DNA from: Felis catus
Lineage: Eukaryota
Assembly (NCBI RefSeq): GCF_018350175.1
Contig: NC_058382.1
Coordinates: 8,246,001 to 8,310,000 of the forward strand
Direction of reading: 5' to 3'
DNA: 64,000 nucleotides
Shown: piece after piece, positions 10,980 through 47,305 of the stretch
How positions within the stretch are numbered: the first letter of the stretch is position 1
Layout: each line of letters begins with the position of its first letter
The notes under the pieces: model-generated
Told to the model about the DNA's origin: nothing
What the model saw: the letters and a program-made list of their open reading frames with translations, nothing else
Databases searched by the model: none
Program-made: the position numbers and the translations under genes

Positions 10980-11858
10980 TAGGACAGAGGCACTCCAGCC
11001 GGCCGATAAAGTGTTTGCCGTTGGGTTTTCGTTTGGCTGGTTGTGTGTACACAGTGTATACAAGTTGAGTTGTACAGAAGCCCAAGAAAGAGCAAGAGAC
11101 GAAGGGTGGTGGGAGGGAGGAGCGGGGGGGGGGGGGGGGCGGTTAGAGAGAGGGGGAGGGGAGGGGAGACGGATAAAAAATAGAACCACATCCAGACGAC
11201 GAGGGGTTGGGGTGGTGGTGGGGGGGGGACAGACACAGACAATCGCAGTAGAAAAGGAGTAGGAGGGCCAAAGGGAGGGGACCCTTCTTCCCCCTCCACC
11301 TCCCCAGCCCCCCGCCCCAGGTATGTACAATAAATAAGATTAAAAATAATTAACAAGATGCGTTTTCCCCCTCCCGCCCGATGCCGAATGCCCTGGGGGA
11401 GGGAATGGCCTTTAGCAAAGATCTTGGCCTGTGAGGGGGGGGTTGGGGGGAGGGGGTCCCCCAGCTCTCTGAAGCCACCCCGCCCCCCTCAACCATACAT
11501 AGACTTTTCCTATACATTATGTACAAGGTGGAGGGGGCGGGGCTGTGGCCATGGAGAGGGGATTGGGCCAAGGTGGGGAGGGAAACCGTTACTAAATAGA
11601 CATTTATACATATATATAAATAATTTCTCTGTACACCGGACAGCAGGAGGGGCGGGGAGGGAGTGGAGGGGGGTGTGGGAGAGGGGAGGAGTCGAACTTT
11701 GAACCCTGCCCTTGTGGGGGCAGCATGGACACACCCTGACCAATGACCCCCCCCCCCCACTTCCCTGGCAGGCAGGGCCCAGGGGTTAGCTCCTGAGGAC
11801 ACAGTTCTGTCCCAATTCTCCGTTTGTGGAAGAGGTGGCTCCCCCAGGCGGGGTGGGG
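10980..11858 (-). other. PRR12: PRR12 3' UTR (distal end approximate)
   Basis: Follows the stop at 11859. C-rich and U-rich blocks on the mRNA strand; no AATAAA found on the minus strand. Confidence 0.6.
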
Positions 11859-37488
<25,630 letters not shown>

Positions 37489-38479
37489 TTAGGGTGTCCT
37501 CTGCAGCTACCCTAGGAGAATGGAACTCAGCAAATCCCCCGGGGTGTGGGGGGAATCTTACAGCTGACTGGGGGTTATCCCTAAGGAACCTTGGGCCCTA
37601 AAGGAAAGAAGACCAAGGGAACCGGGGTACCCAATGAAAAGAGCCATGAAACATTCCCCACTCAAGCCCCAATAAATAGAGCCCAGATAGTCTCACGTTT
37701 ACAAACAGACATGCACAACGACGAGGCAAACAGAAGAGGGTGAAGAGTCAGAGGGAAGTGCCCCAAGTTGAAAATTCAAAAGGCATGGACTTCCTACCGA
37801 GCCCACTATCCCCTGGACGACACAAGGCCCCGGGGCCCACCTGAGGGGTGCACACGGACGCCCACTCTAATGCAGACACGTGGGAACACATGGCCCTGAA
37901 CCTCATATAGGGTCCCGAGTCAGGAGCAGGAGGTAGATTGTTCCCCAAAAGGCTGGGATGGGGGGTGGGGAGGGGATAGGACTAGGGGAAAGTACCAGGT
38001 ACAAGTGTGAACATGAACAACGTCCATCCCGCAGGGTTGAGGTTCAAATGCATGGGCCCTTGCAAAGCCAGGTGTGTGTGCAAACGACTATCCAGCTCAC
38101 CCGTGGGGAAGGAAATATACAGAGCGAGAAGTCCCAAATGGAAAATCCTAACACATGTGGGGTCATGCCCAGCCATGCTGGGAAACCCAGAGGTGGGGGG
38201 GTTGGGGACAGGTGAAGAGTGAACGCAGGACATAAACAGCAGGAAGGGGGCTGATTCGCAGGTGAGCAGGGTGCCAACTAAGCACCAACAGGGCCCACGC
38301 TCACGCACACAACCACACACCAGGGAAATATCTGAATCTTCCCATGCAACGGCCCCAATTCACGGCTGGGACTCAAGAGGTCAAATACTCCGCTCCTCGC
38401 CATCCACTAGGATTCTCTGCCTTTGGGGGTGGGGGAGCCCAAGGGGGCGTGTCTCAGATTCCAGGACCCCCCCCTCACA

Positions 38480-40680
38480 CACACACAGAACCCCAGCTTG
38501 GGAAGGGGGCGGGGCCCCGTGCCCACTCTGCGCGCGGAATTTCGGGGGGGGGGGGCCCGAGTGGCGCGGCCTCGCGCAGTCCCGGAACAATAGGACGGGA
38601 GGGGGGGCTCCCCCCAGGTCTGCGTCCTAATTCTCCTTTCCATCCCACCTATGCAAGAGCAGAGCCCGGGATGCAGGGAGGAGGGATCAGCAAGCCGGGA
38701 ATCCANNNNNNNNNNNNNNNNNNNNNNNNNNNNNNNNNNNNNNNNNNNNNNNNNNNNNNNNNNNNNNNNNNNNNNNNNNNNNNNNNNNNNNNNNNNNNNN
38801 NNNNNNNNNNNNNNNNNNNNNNNNNNNNNNNNNNNNNNNNNNNNNNNNNNNNNNNNNNNNNNNNNNNNNNNNNNNNNNNNNNNNNNNNNNNNNNNNNNNN
38901 NNNNNNNNNNNNNNNNNNNNNNNNNNNNNNNNNNNNNNNNNGCCAGGCCCGGCCGGGCTGGGCCCCCACCCCTTGGCCCCNNNNNNNNNNNNNNNNNNNN
39001 NNNNNNNNNNNNNNNNNNNNNNNNNNNNNNNNNNNNNNNNNNNNNNNNNNNNNNNNNNNNNNNNNNNNNNNNNNNNNNNNNNNNNNNNNNNNNNNNNNNN
39101 NNNNNNNNNNNNNNNNNNNNNNNNNNNNNNNNNNNNNNNNNNNNNNNNNNNNNNNNNNNNNNNNNNNNNNNNNNNNNNNNNNNNNNNNNNNNNNNNNNNN
39201 NNNNNNNNNNNNNNNNNNNNNNNNNNNNNNNNNNNNNNNNNNNNNNNNNNNNNNNNNNNNNNNNNNNNNNNNNNNNNNNNNNNNNNNNNNNNNNNNNNNN
39301 NNNNNNNNNNNNNNNNNNNNNNNNNNNNNNNCAAGGAGGGGGGAAGGGGGGTTCCCCCTGGAGGGAAAGGGGGGTAGGAGGGACCCCGCTGTCTCCGCCT
39401 TTGCCCCGGCGCTTGCAAGAGAGAAGGGAGNNNNNNNNNNNNNNNNNNNNNNNNNNNNNNNNNNNNNNNNNNNNNNNNNNNNNNNNNNNNNNNNNNNNNN
39501 NNNNNNNNNNNNNNNNNNNNNNNNNNNNNNNNNNNNNNNNNNNNNNNNNNNNNNNNNNNNNNNNNNNNNNNNNNNNNNNNNNNNNNNNNNNNNNNNNNNN
39601 NNNNNNNNNNNNNNNNNNNNNNNNNNNNNNNNNNNNNNNNNNNNNNNNNNNNNNNNNNNNNNNNNNNNNNNNNNNNNNNNNNNNNNNNNNNNNNNNNNNN
39701 NNNNNNNNNACGGCCTGGGGGTGTAGGGCGCAGCGTTTGTACAGAAAGCCAACTCCGCCGCGCGCAGACGCACCCGGGAATGCAGTTCAGTTTGATTTTT
39801 ATTTTTTATTTTTTGCGTTCACTTTTTGTCTCTTTTACAAAAGCATTGTAATTTACGAGAGAAGCACAACTCCAGTCTCCCGGTGCAATGCGAGCCTGAC
39901 CCCAAAGAGCACACTTGCAAATATGCCCCCCACCCTTTCCCTGGATTGCAGAGCGCCCGTGTGCGTGCAAGGAGAGCACACGAAAACATGCGCGTGTGTG
40001 TGGCCCGTAGCACGGGAGGGCGATGGCCTTGTCACACCTGCTCACTCACGCGAGTCGGTACACCGGGCCCACGCGCCGGGGTCCGAGTTTCCACGCAAGC
40101 CTACCCCCGGGGGGCGGGGCTGCCGGGTACCCCCACCGTCAGGAGAGCGTGGGGGCCCGCGAGTAACCCGGGACGAGGGAACACGTTGGCCGGGGATACG
40201 CGTGTATCCGTACTTGGCGGAAACACGTGTGCCAGGGTAGGCCTCGGGCCGGACGACCACTACTCCCACCACTCCTCAAGCTCAGCTACGTGGTTTAAGA
40301 GGCCTGGGGGCTCTGGAATCCGCTGTGAATCTGGGGAACACCAGCTCTGAAACAGCTCTTCAGCGAGGCCTCCTGAGGCTGCATGGGGAGGGGCACAATG
40401 GGGAGTCAAAGACCCGGCTGTTTTTCCCCCCTCAACTAAGACCACTCCGACCCGCCCGCGGGCGTCTCAGCCAATCGCGGACCCTCTGGGTACAAGACCC
40501 ACCCTCCTGTAAGGCTCCACACCGACAACGCTGGGCCACGCCCCCAGACAATTGCATAGGACCCCGCCCCCGCGCTCCAAGCCTCGCCCCGGATAATAAG
40601 CTCAAAATTCCAAGTCCCGCCCCTGAGCCCACGCCCCTCCTCTCGCAGCATCCTCCCCTCTGAGCCCCACCCCCGGGTAG
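38480..40680 (-). promoter_or_regulatory. PRR12: PRR12 CpG-island promoter and exon 1 region (largely gapped), overlapping the PRRG2 3' end
   Basis: CpG-rich sequence flanking the gaps at 38706-39709; GC boxes and a CCAAT at 40450-40640. Exon 1 is absent from sequenced bases and must lie upstream of exon 2. Confidence 0.6.
39798..39810 (-). terminator. PRRG2: PRRG2 polyadenylation signals (two AATAAA)
   Basis: Plus-strand TTTATT at 39798-39803 and 39805-39810, about 550 nt past the PRRG2 stop. Confidence 0.75.
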
Positions 40681-43600
40681 AAGCCCAGCCCAGTACCTGG
40701 TGTAAGGGGGCGGAGGTGCGTCGTGCACCCCAGAGGCCGCCAGCGCCTGCTCGTAGGTGGGGAGACCTGGGGGTGGCGGTGGAGGCAGGGGCGTCGGGGG
40801 GCCTACATTGCCCAGGGGACTCAGGGGGTTAATGAGCTCAGCCCTGGGGACAGAAAGTACACTGTTAGCAGGAGAGACCTACAGGATAGAGAGATTTGGG
40901 AGGAGGAGGGAAGACCTAGGGACACAGAGACTCTGAGGGTGGAAGGGAGAAAGACCAGAGGAAATGAGGGTCACCTTGAACCTGACCCGCCACACAGAAG
41001 AGCACCTCAGAATGAGAGGCGGACGAACACAGGCAGACAGACATCGACTGCTGAGACATACTCATTCACAGACATACATGTGTTCCAGACACAGGGAGAG
41101 TCATGGAGAAAAAAAACAGCCCTGCAGAGAGGTAGGCAGACACACACTGATACAGACATAACACAGAGATACACCCAGTCACAAATCTCCCAGTGCCCCT
41201 CTTATAATAAACTCTTCCTAAAAACCCCCAGACCCACTATACTTCCAAGACTGACACTCAAGCACCTTTTTAGACCCTGCCACTGAGAAACACATGCCTA
41301 GACAACTCATAAGGCACACACAAACATGTGTGACAGCCTGTCACCACGGAAACTGACATGCTGCAGACACCCAGAGACCTTACCGCTAACAGCCTCGCCA
41401 GACACGATACACACAGAGTGATAGTCACACATACATACGGTACCATGAAGACACGCAGCAGATACTGAATGAGCTCCTACTGTGTGCCAGCTACTGAGGA
41501 TATTGTCAGACAGACAGACAGACACGCAACTGGACATACGCAAGCTCACAGACTGACTTTCCATGCGATAGTCTTCTCAGACCTTTCCTCTGGTGCCCAC
41601 CTGCCCCAATCCTTGACCCGTCTCCTCCTTCCTCTCCTCCCCCTGCTTTCCAGCCCTCAAACCCCTTCTTTCTGAATCCCCCTTACTCTTGGGGACAGGG
41701 CTGCTGGCCTCTACCCCGTCGTCGGCAGTGCAGATACCAAAAGGCTCCCAAGCTGGCCAGGACAATGAGCAGGATGCCCGATGTCAGCCCCACCGCCAGG
41801 CCTGCTACATCCACACGTCCACGCCCTGCAGTGGGGAAGGGGGGGGTGGCACCGTGTCAGGGGCTGTCACCCACCTCAACAACCCAATGCCTTCCCACAG
41901 AGGGAGGAGTACAGGCCAAGAAGCAAAGCAGAACTGGGGCCACTTCCTAGGTATGTGACTCCAGGCAACTGAACGTACTCATTTCTATAAGCCTCCATCT
42001 GCTGCCCTGTAAAATGGGAATAACTCCTCCCCCACAGGCTGTGAAATTCATTGAGATCAAACCCATAAAGGGTCTACGATAACTTCATCCAGGACTAGAA
42101 AATATGGCAGCTGTATCCCCGTGGTGACAGAGGCCCCTCCCTGGACACAGTGTGGCTTGAGTCCCTCCTAAACAAAATCCATCTGGGTAGGGAGCTCAGC
42201 TGCCCCCACACTGACCATTGCCCGATTTAGCAAATAATAATGTATGATACCCTATTAAATACTAATTTCAGATATACAGTGAATAATTTTTTTTAATATA
42301 ACTATGTCCCATGTAATATTTAGGACACTAGGGGTGCCTGGGTGGCTCGGTCACTTAAACATCTGACTCTTGATTTAGGGTCGGGTCATGATCTCACAGT
42401 TCGTCAGTTCAAGTCCCAAATCTGGCTCCACGCTGACAGAGTGTAGCCTGCTTGAAATTCTCTCTCTCTTCTCTCTGCCTACCCCCCCCCCACCCCACAC
42501 TTGCTCTCTCTCTCAAAATAAATAAATAAACTTAAAAATTGTTTTAAAAAGGGGTGTCTGGGTGGCTCAGTCGTTTGAGCGTTTGATTTTGGCTCGGTTC
42601 ATGATCTCATGGTTTATGGGTTCAAGCCCCATGTCAGGCTCTGTGCTAACAGCTCAGACCCTGGAGCCTGCTTCGGATTCTGTGTCTCCCTCTCTCTCTG
42701 CCCCTCCCCTGCTCACGCTCTTTCTCTCAAAAATAAAAAACATTTAAAAATTTTTTAATAAAAATTTTTAAAAAGAACATACTTAGACTAAAAAATTTAT
42801 TCATGAGCATTTTTTAATGTTTATTTATTTATTTTGAGAGAGAGAGAAAGCATGAACAGGGGAGGGGTAGAGAGAGAGGGACAGAGAGAATCCCAAGCAG
42901 GCTCGGAACTGTCAGGGCAGAGCCCGACACGGGACTTGATCGCACAAACTGTGAGATCATGACCTGAGCTGAAATCAAGAGTCCAGGTGGATGTCTTAAC
43001 CCCTTAACCGACTGAGCAACCCAGGCGTCCCTATTCTTGTGTGTTTAAAATTCAAATTTAACTGATGGGGGTGGGGGTGTCCTGTGTTTTATCTAACAAC
43101 ACTTCCCCTCTGGAACGCAGTCCCTTTACCGACCAGGCCACTGAGGGACGAGACCTCAACTCTGAAGGAAGAAATCCACAGGAAGGCTTCTGAATTTACC
43201 GGGCTATGAAAAATCCGTTTATCAATGGGGGAATTTAGGGACCTCCCCCCAGCAATAGATCATTGGGTGTCTAGAACTCGGGGGGACCCTTTGCTAGGAC
43301 CCTAGGCCTTTAGCAATCCAAGGCCATGCTTCTGAGGAGAAACAGGCACACAGGGAGAACTCCAAAGGTCTGTGAGGCCCTCCTCTGTCTTGCTGCTGGG
43401 GAGACTTCCTGTAGCACTGGGTGGGGAGCTTTCCTCAAACAGTGAATCCCTGGTGGCTTTTAGCCCCCTTAGCGAAGAGCTGCGCCCAGAAGGGAGGCCC
43501 TCCAGATTCTGATATGTTTCAGGTGGATTCAAGAAGCCACTGGGCCTCACTAGGCCAGCAGCGAGGTAGTTACCTCCCCTAGCAACCAGGCTCCAGTGTG

Positions 43601-45006
43601 AGGACTCCAGCAGACCCAGGGCTTGTTGCTAAGGGGCATCCACCCTAGCAACCAGGCCACGGGGAGGGGTGGGGCATCTGGTACCGGGAGGGGGTTCCTC
43701 CCTGGGCAGTGGGCCTTGGGTCCTGAGCCTGGCTAGGTGTGGTTGCTAGGGAGGCCTCCTTAGTAACCAGGCCAAGGCTAGGATGGGCCCGTGGGGGAGG
43801 GGAAGCCAGCCAGGTAGTGAGTGCTGCAGGCTTCCTTGGTCCGGCCTGGCCCGGCCTCGTTGCTAAGGAGCAGTCCCCCCTTAGCAACAAGACTGCAGCC
43901 ATGGTGGGTCCTTAGAACTCACAGGAAGGGTTGGGGGTGGGCGGACTGGGCAGGTGAGGATGCACAGGCTTCCAATGCCCGGCCTGCCTTGGCCAGGCCC
44001 TGTTGCTAGGGAGCAGTCCCCCTAGCAACCAAGCTGCAAAAGGGGCCGGGGCTCTGCACTCCAAAGAGGTTAGCACCTCTGAGTCTGAAGCCCGACAGGC
44101 CCCTGGGCTGTCACCCCTCTCTCCACCCGCACTTCCTCCTTCCTAAGGACAGGAGGCCTCCTCCAGATAAGTGTGGTAGGTTCCTCAGGCAGGGGCTCTA
44201 GTCTCAAAGGAGGGGACTCTTTTGATAACTACCTCCAGGAACTCAGGGAGCATGGAATTTGCAGGAGGCACATTTGGGGCAGGGGGTGTGGGTTCGGACC
44301 TCCACGGGAAGGGGGGTGCCTTAGCTGCACAGAACAAGAGGGGTCCCCCCCCACACCCCCACTCACCTCCTTTGCCATTGTAGATGTAGCTCTCCCAAAA
44401 GCGCTCCTTGAAGGGGTAAGAATAGAGCAGGTGGAAAGACAGCATATCAGCTGGGAGAGTCCATCCCCCCAACCTGCCCGCGCCCCGACTTCTGAGACCC
44501 AGGGTAGAGGGAGTTGGGGGCCAGGACATCCCAGGGCCTGGGGAGAGGGGCTCTCACCGTCAGAGTGTTGTCCTCAAAATACTCCCGTGCCTCCTCCCAG
44601 GAACACCGCTCCTCACGACACTCCCGTTCCAAGTTCCCTGGTGTGAGGAGCTCCAGGTCCCAGTGATTGGCTCGTGGAATCCGGCTACGGCTTCTTAGAA
44701 AGCTCTGGGCTTCTGGGGAGTCCAGGAAGACTTCTGCACCCAAAGAACATGAAACATAGAGAAATGGGGGGCTCCCGGGACTGGGGACATGGAAGAATCT
44801 CAACCTCAGGGGATGGGGAGCTATGGAGTGCTCAGGGAGCAGGGGACTGGAGGCAAGGGTTCCTGAGTCAGGGGAAGGTGGAGTCTGCACCTGGACACGG
44901 GCTCTTCCCCCAGACACTCACCTGGGTCTTGGTCCCCACTGGGTGAGGTGTCCAAGCAGGTGGTCAATCCCAGGTACAGAAGCAGCAGAGAGGGGGAGCC
45001 CCTCAT
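40360..45006 (-). CDS. PRRG2: Transmembrane gamma-carboxyglutamic acid protein 2; complement(join(44922..45006,44558..44733,44367..44406,41687..41825,40697..40843,40360..40378)), 201 aa
   Basis: Signal/propeptide MRGSPSLLLLYLGL...RIPR, Gla domain ANHWDLELLTPGNLERECREERCSWEEAREYFED, TM helix LAVGLTSGILLIVLASLGAFW, and WW-binding LPTY and PPPY motifs. 606 nt in frame with GT-AG introns. Confidence 0.96.
42218..43102. mobile_element. MER53-like palindromic MITE split by three CanSINEs
   Basis: Left arm ttgcccgatttagcaaata...tatgtcccatgtaatatttaggaca; middle catacttagactaaaaaatttattc at about 42778; right arm aaattcaaatttaactg...cctgtgttttatctaacaac. SINEs at about 42330 (+), 42551 (+) and 42810-43030 (-). 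Confidence 0.65.
43290..44030. promoter_or_regulatory. Cluster of inverted RFX X-box half-site pairs in PRRG2 intron 4
   Basis: GTTGCTARGG...CCYTAGYAAC units at 43625, 43742, 43859 and 44002, plus weaker units at 43291 and 43569. Confidence 0.6.
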
Positions 45007-45705
45007 ATTTTACGAACACCTGAAACGGGGCGTGGTGGAGACATCAGGTGCCTCAGCCCCTGGGGAATGGGGCCAGGTCACCCTGACTGGACTCTATGGT
45101 CCACAAATTGTAATGATTTGTAATAATAATAGCAGACACTTACCCAGGCTGTATCCTGGGCCGGGTAGTTCAAGGTAGTTTACCTATATCAACTCCATTT
45201 AGTTTTCACAGAAGTGCTGTTCTTATCCCCGTTTTACAGATGAGGAAACTGAGGCACGGAGAGATAAAAGAATTGCCCAAGGTCGTGCGATTTGCAAGAT
45301 TCAGAAGCAGGATTTGAGTGAAAGCTGTGTGCGCCTCCAGAGACTGGAGCAGGGGGCTTATCTTTTTCTCTACCGGGTCTGCAGCGCCCAGCATGAATTT
45401 TGGCACATAGTAGGTGCTCTTAAACATGTCTGTTGATGATCAAGATTCCTTTCTTCCAGGTAGTTTCCACCTATACTTGCCTCTCCCTGTGCTCATTACC
45501 ACATCCACCCACAGAGATCAAAGATTACAGGAGAGACCAGAACAGGAGAGGCAAAGAGTATATTCTTGGATCCAGGGGGGCAAAGGGAGTGGGGGTCCTG
45601 GACCCCTGGGACTGGGGGACCCAAGCTTCTGAGTCCCCGAGGGGCAGAGAACTGGGGGACCAGGGTCTCCAAGCCAGGCTCTGCCTCCAGGGGACATTCA
45701 CTTAC

Positions 45706-45780
45706 CTGCCCAGACCTGTGAGCGACTGTCCCCTCTTCTTTAATTGGGGCTTCCTGGGCCAGGCCAGCTAAGGCCAGCTG
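45706..45780 (-). other. PRRG2: Probable PRRG2 non-coding exon 1 (5' end approximate)
   Basis: Strong donor GGGCAG|GTAAGT (GT at 45705-45704); exon 2 acceptor at 45021-45020, just upstream of the ATG. Confidence 0.55.
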
Positions 45781-46479
45781 TGAATGGGGGATAGGGGAGA
45801 GGGGAGGGGAGTGAAAGGAGGGGTGCCCCTCTCCCTGTAATCAGACGGATCCCGGTTTCTGGCAGAGGGGCGGGGTTTGTGATTACCTGTCCTGGGCGGG
45901 ACTCAGGTAAGGGACAAAGTATTTAAAGGGACCTTAGGATGAAGGGCCTAAGGTCCAGAGCCTTGTAGGGACGCCAGGGTTCCCGACACCGACACCGTGG
46001 AGGCACTTAGGGGATTGGATATGCACCTCTTCCCTTGTTTGTCCCCTGGGATGGAAGCTTGCCTGGGTGAGCTAGGGAAATAAATGTCTAGGTGTCCAGA
46101 TGCCTACATGTCTAGAAACTGGTGGGAAATGTATGCCTTGGTCCCTGGGGGTAGGTGGTCGTTGCTGTAGTAAATTCCCGTTTTCTGAGGTGATTTGAAG
46201 GACTTTGACTTCCGATTTCTCACTTGCTCTCCTTATAAATTGGAGACAGGGGAGTTGTCCCTTCTCAATTGTCTCTCAACACGCAGCAAGAAAAGTAGCT
46301 AATATACTTGGGGAAGTGAGCTTCCCGATCTCTAGAGGAAGTGGTTAATCCTTCAATTCAGACTTGCAGAGACGCAAAGCCTGGACATAAGCAGTAAATC
46401 GTCCGCCCTGGGAAATGCCTAGTGTATACTAAGCGTGCTCTATACTCGTGCCAGCGGCACCAACCGGAACCTTCGAGTA

Positions 46480-46860
46480 ACTACTCAGGTTTCCGGAGGG
46501 AGCGAGAGGAGAAGGGAGGACTTAACCAAGTCAGAAGAGTATCTCGGCAACTAGGGGCAGCTCTACTTCCGGTCCTTTTTCCGGGCGGAAGTGGGCGTAG
46601 CGCTGAGGGGAAAACAGCCCTCCTTTCCGGTGTAGGGGCACAGTTGAAGAAGCGACGGAGGGTCGAGGAGTCGTTTGTGAGGTGAGTTCCAGGGGGTGGG
46701 GGGGATCGTGTTGCTGCGATCGCTTTCCCGCGGGCTAGACTTCTGGGGTCCTGAGGGAGACAGGGACGGGGTTTCGAATTCCCGACTCCCTGTCAATCAT
46801 TAATAGACGACTCCAGGCGCCCCGTGTCTGAAGCTGAACTACATCTCCCGGCATCCCCGG
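46480..46860 (+). promoter_or_regulatory. NOSIP: NOSIP promoter and non-coding exon 1 (donor GAG|GTGAGT after 46681), head-to-head with PRRG2
   Basis: Several ETS/GABP-type sites (ACTTCCGG at about 46565, CGGAAGTG at about 46586, TTTCCGG at about 46624) and ZNF143-like ACTACATCTCCCGGCATCCC at 46838-46857. Confidence 0.75.
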
Positions 46861-47305
46861 GAGGTAGCCAGGCCTCCACCCGGCACTTCTTAAGTGTTGG
46901 TATTCCACCGTAGAGGGCTATGGGCCGGGGGTCCCAGGGGAAGGAGGAGACTGGGACTCTTGGGAGGGTCTAAGGAGTGGGACTTGAGGAAGAAGGACCC
47001 CCTTTCCTGGCCTCAGTTTCCCATCTGTGACCGGGAGGGCGGAGGAGATTGTGCAGTCGCCCGCCGCTGTCTTCCCTGCATTTTTTTTTTTTTTTTTTTT
47101 TTTTTTTGACAACTCCTTCCTTCTCAGTTGGTGGAGGCTTTAACCTTTTCCTCTGGGGAGGTCTGGGGTCAGGCCGACCTGGGTTCTCATCCCGATGGTG
47201 CTGTTGAGTCGGTGTGAACTTGGGCTTCGAAGGGTTTTACTTCAACGTTTTATTGTGAAAATGTTCAAACTCACAGAGAATAATGTAAGAATCCCTATCG
47301 CCTAT

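Noticed and set aside
11329-11345. AATAAA and ATTAAA hexamers within the PRR12 3' UTR
   Set aside because: They are on the plus strand, the wrong strand for PRR12; they are U-rich elements of the mRNA.
38344-40240. ORFs of 374-529 aa
   Set aside because: Artefacts of translating through N-gaps.
43625-44029. Palindromic repeats with unique spacers, superficially CRISPR-like
   Set aside because: Mammalian intron, divergent repeats, spacers of about 90-115 nt and no cas genes; better explained as RFX-type sites.
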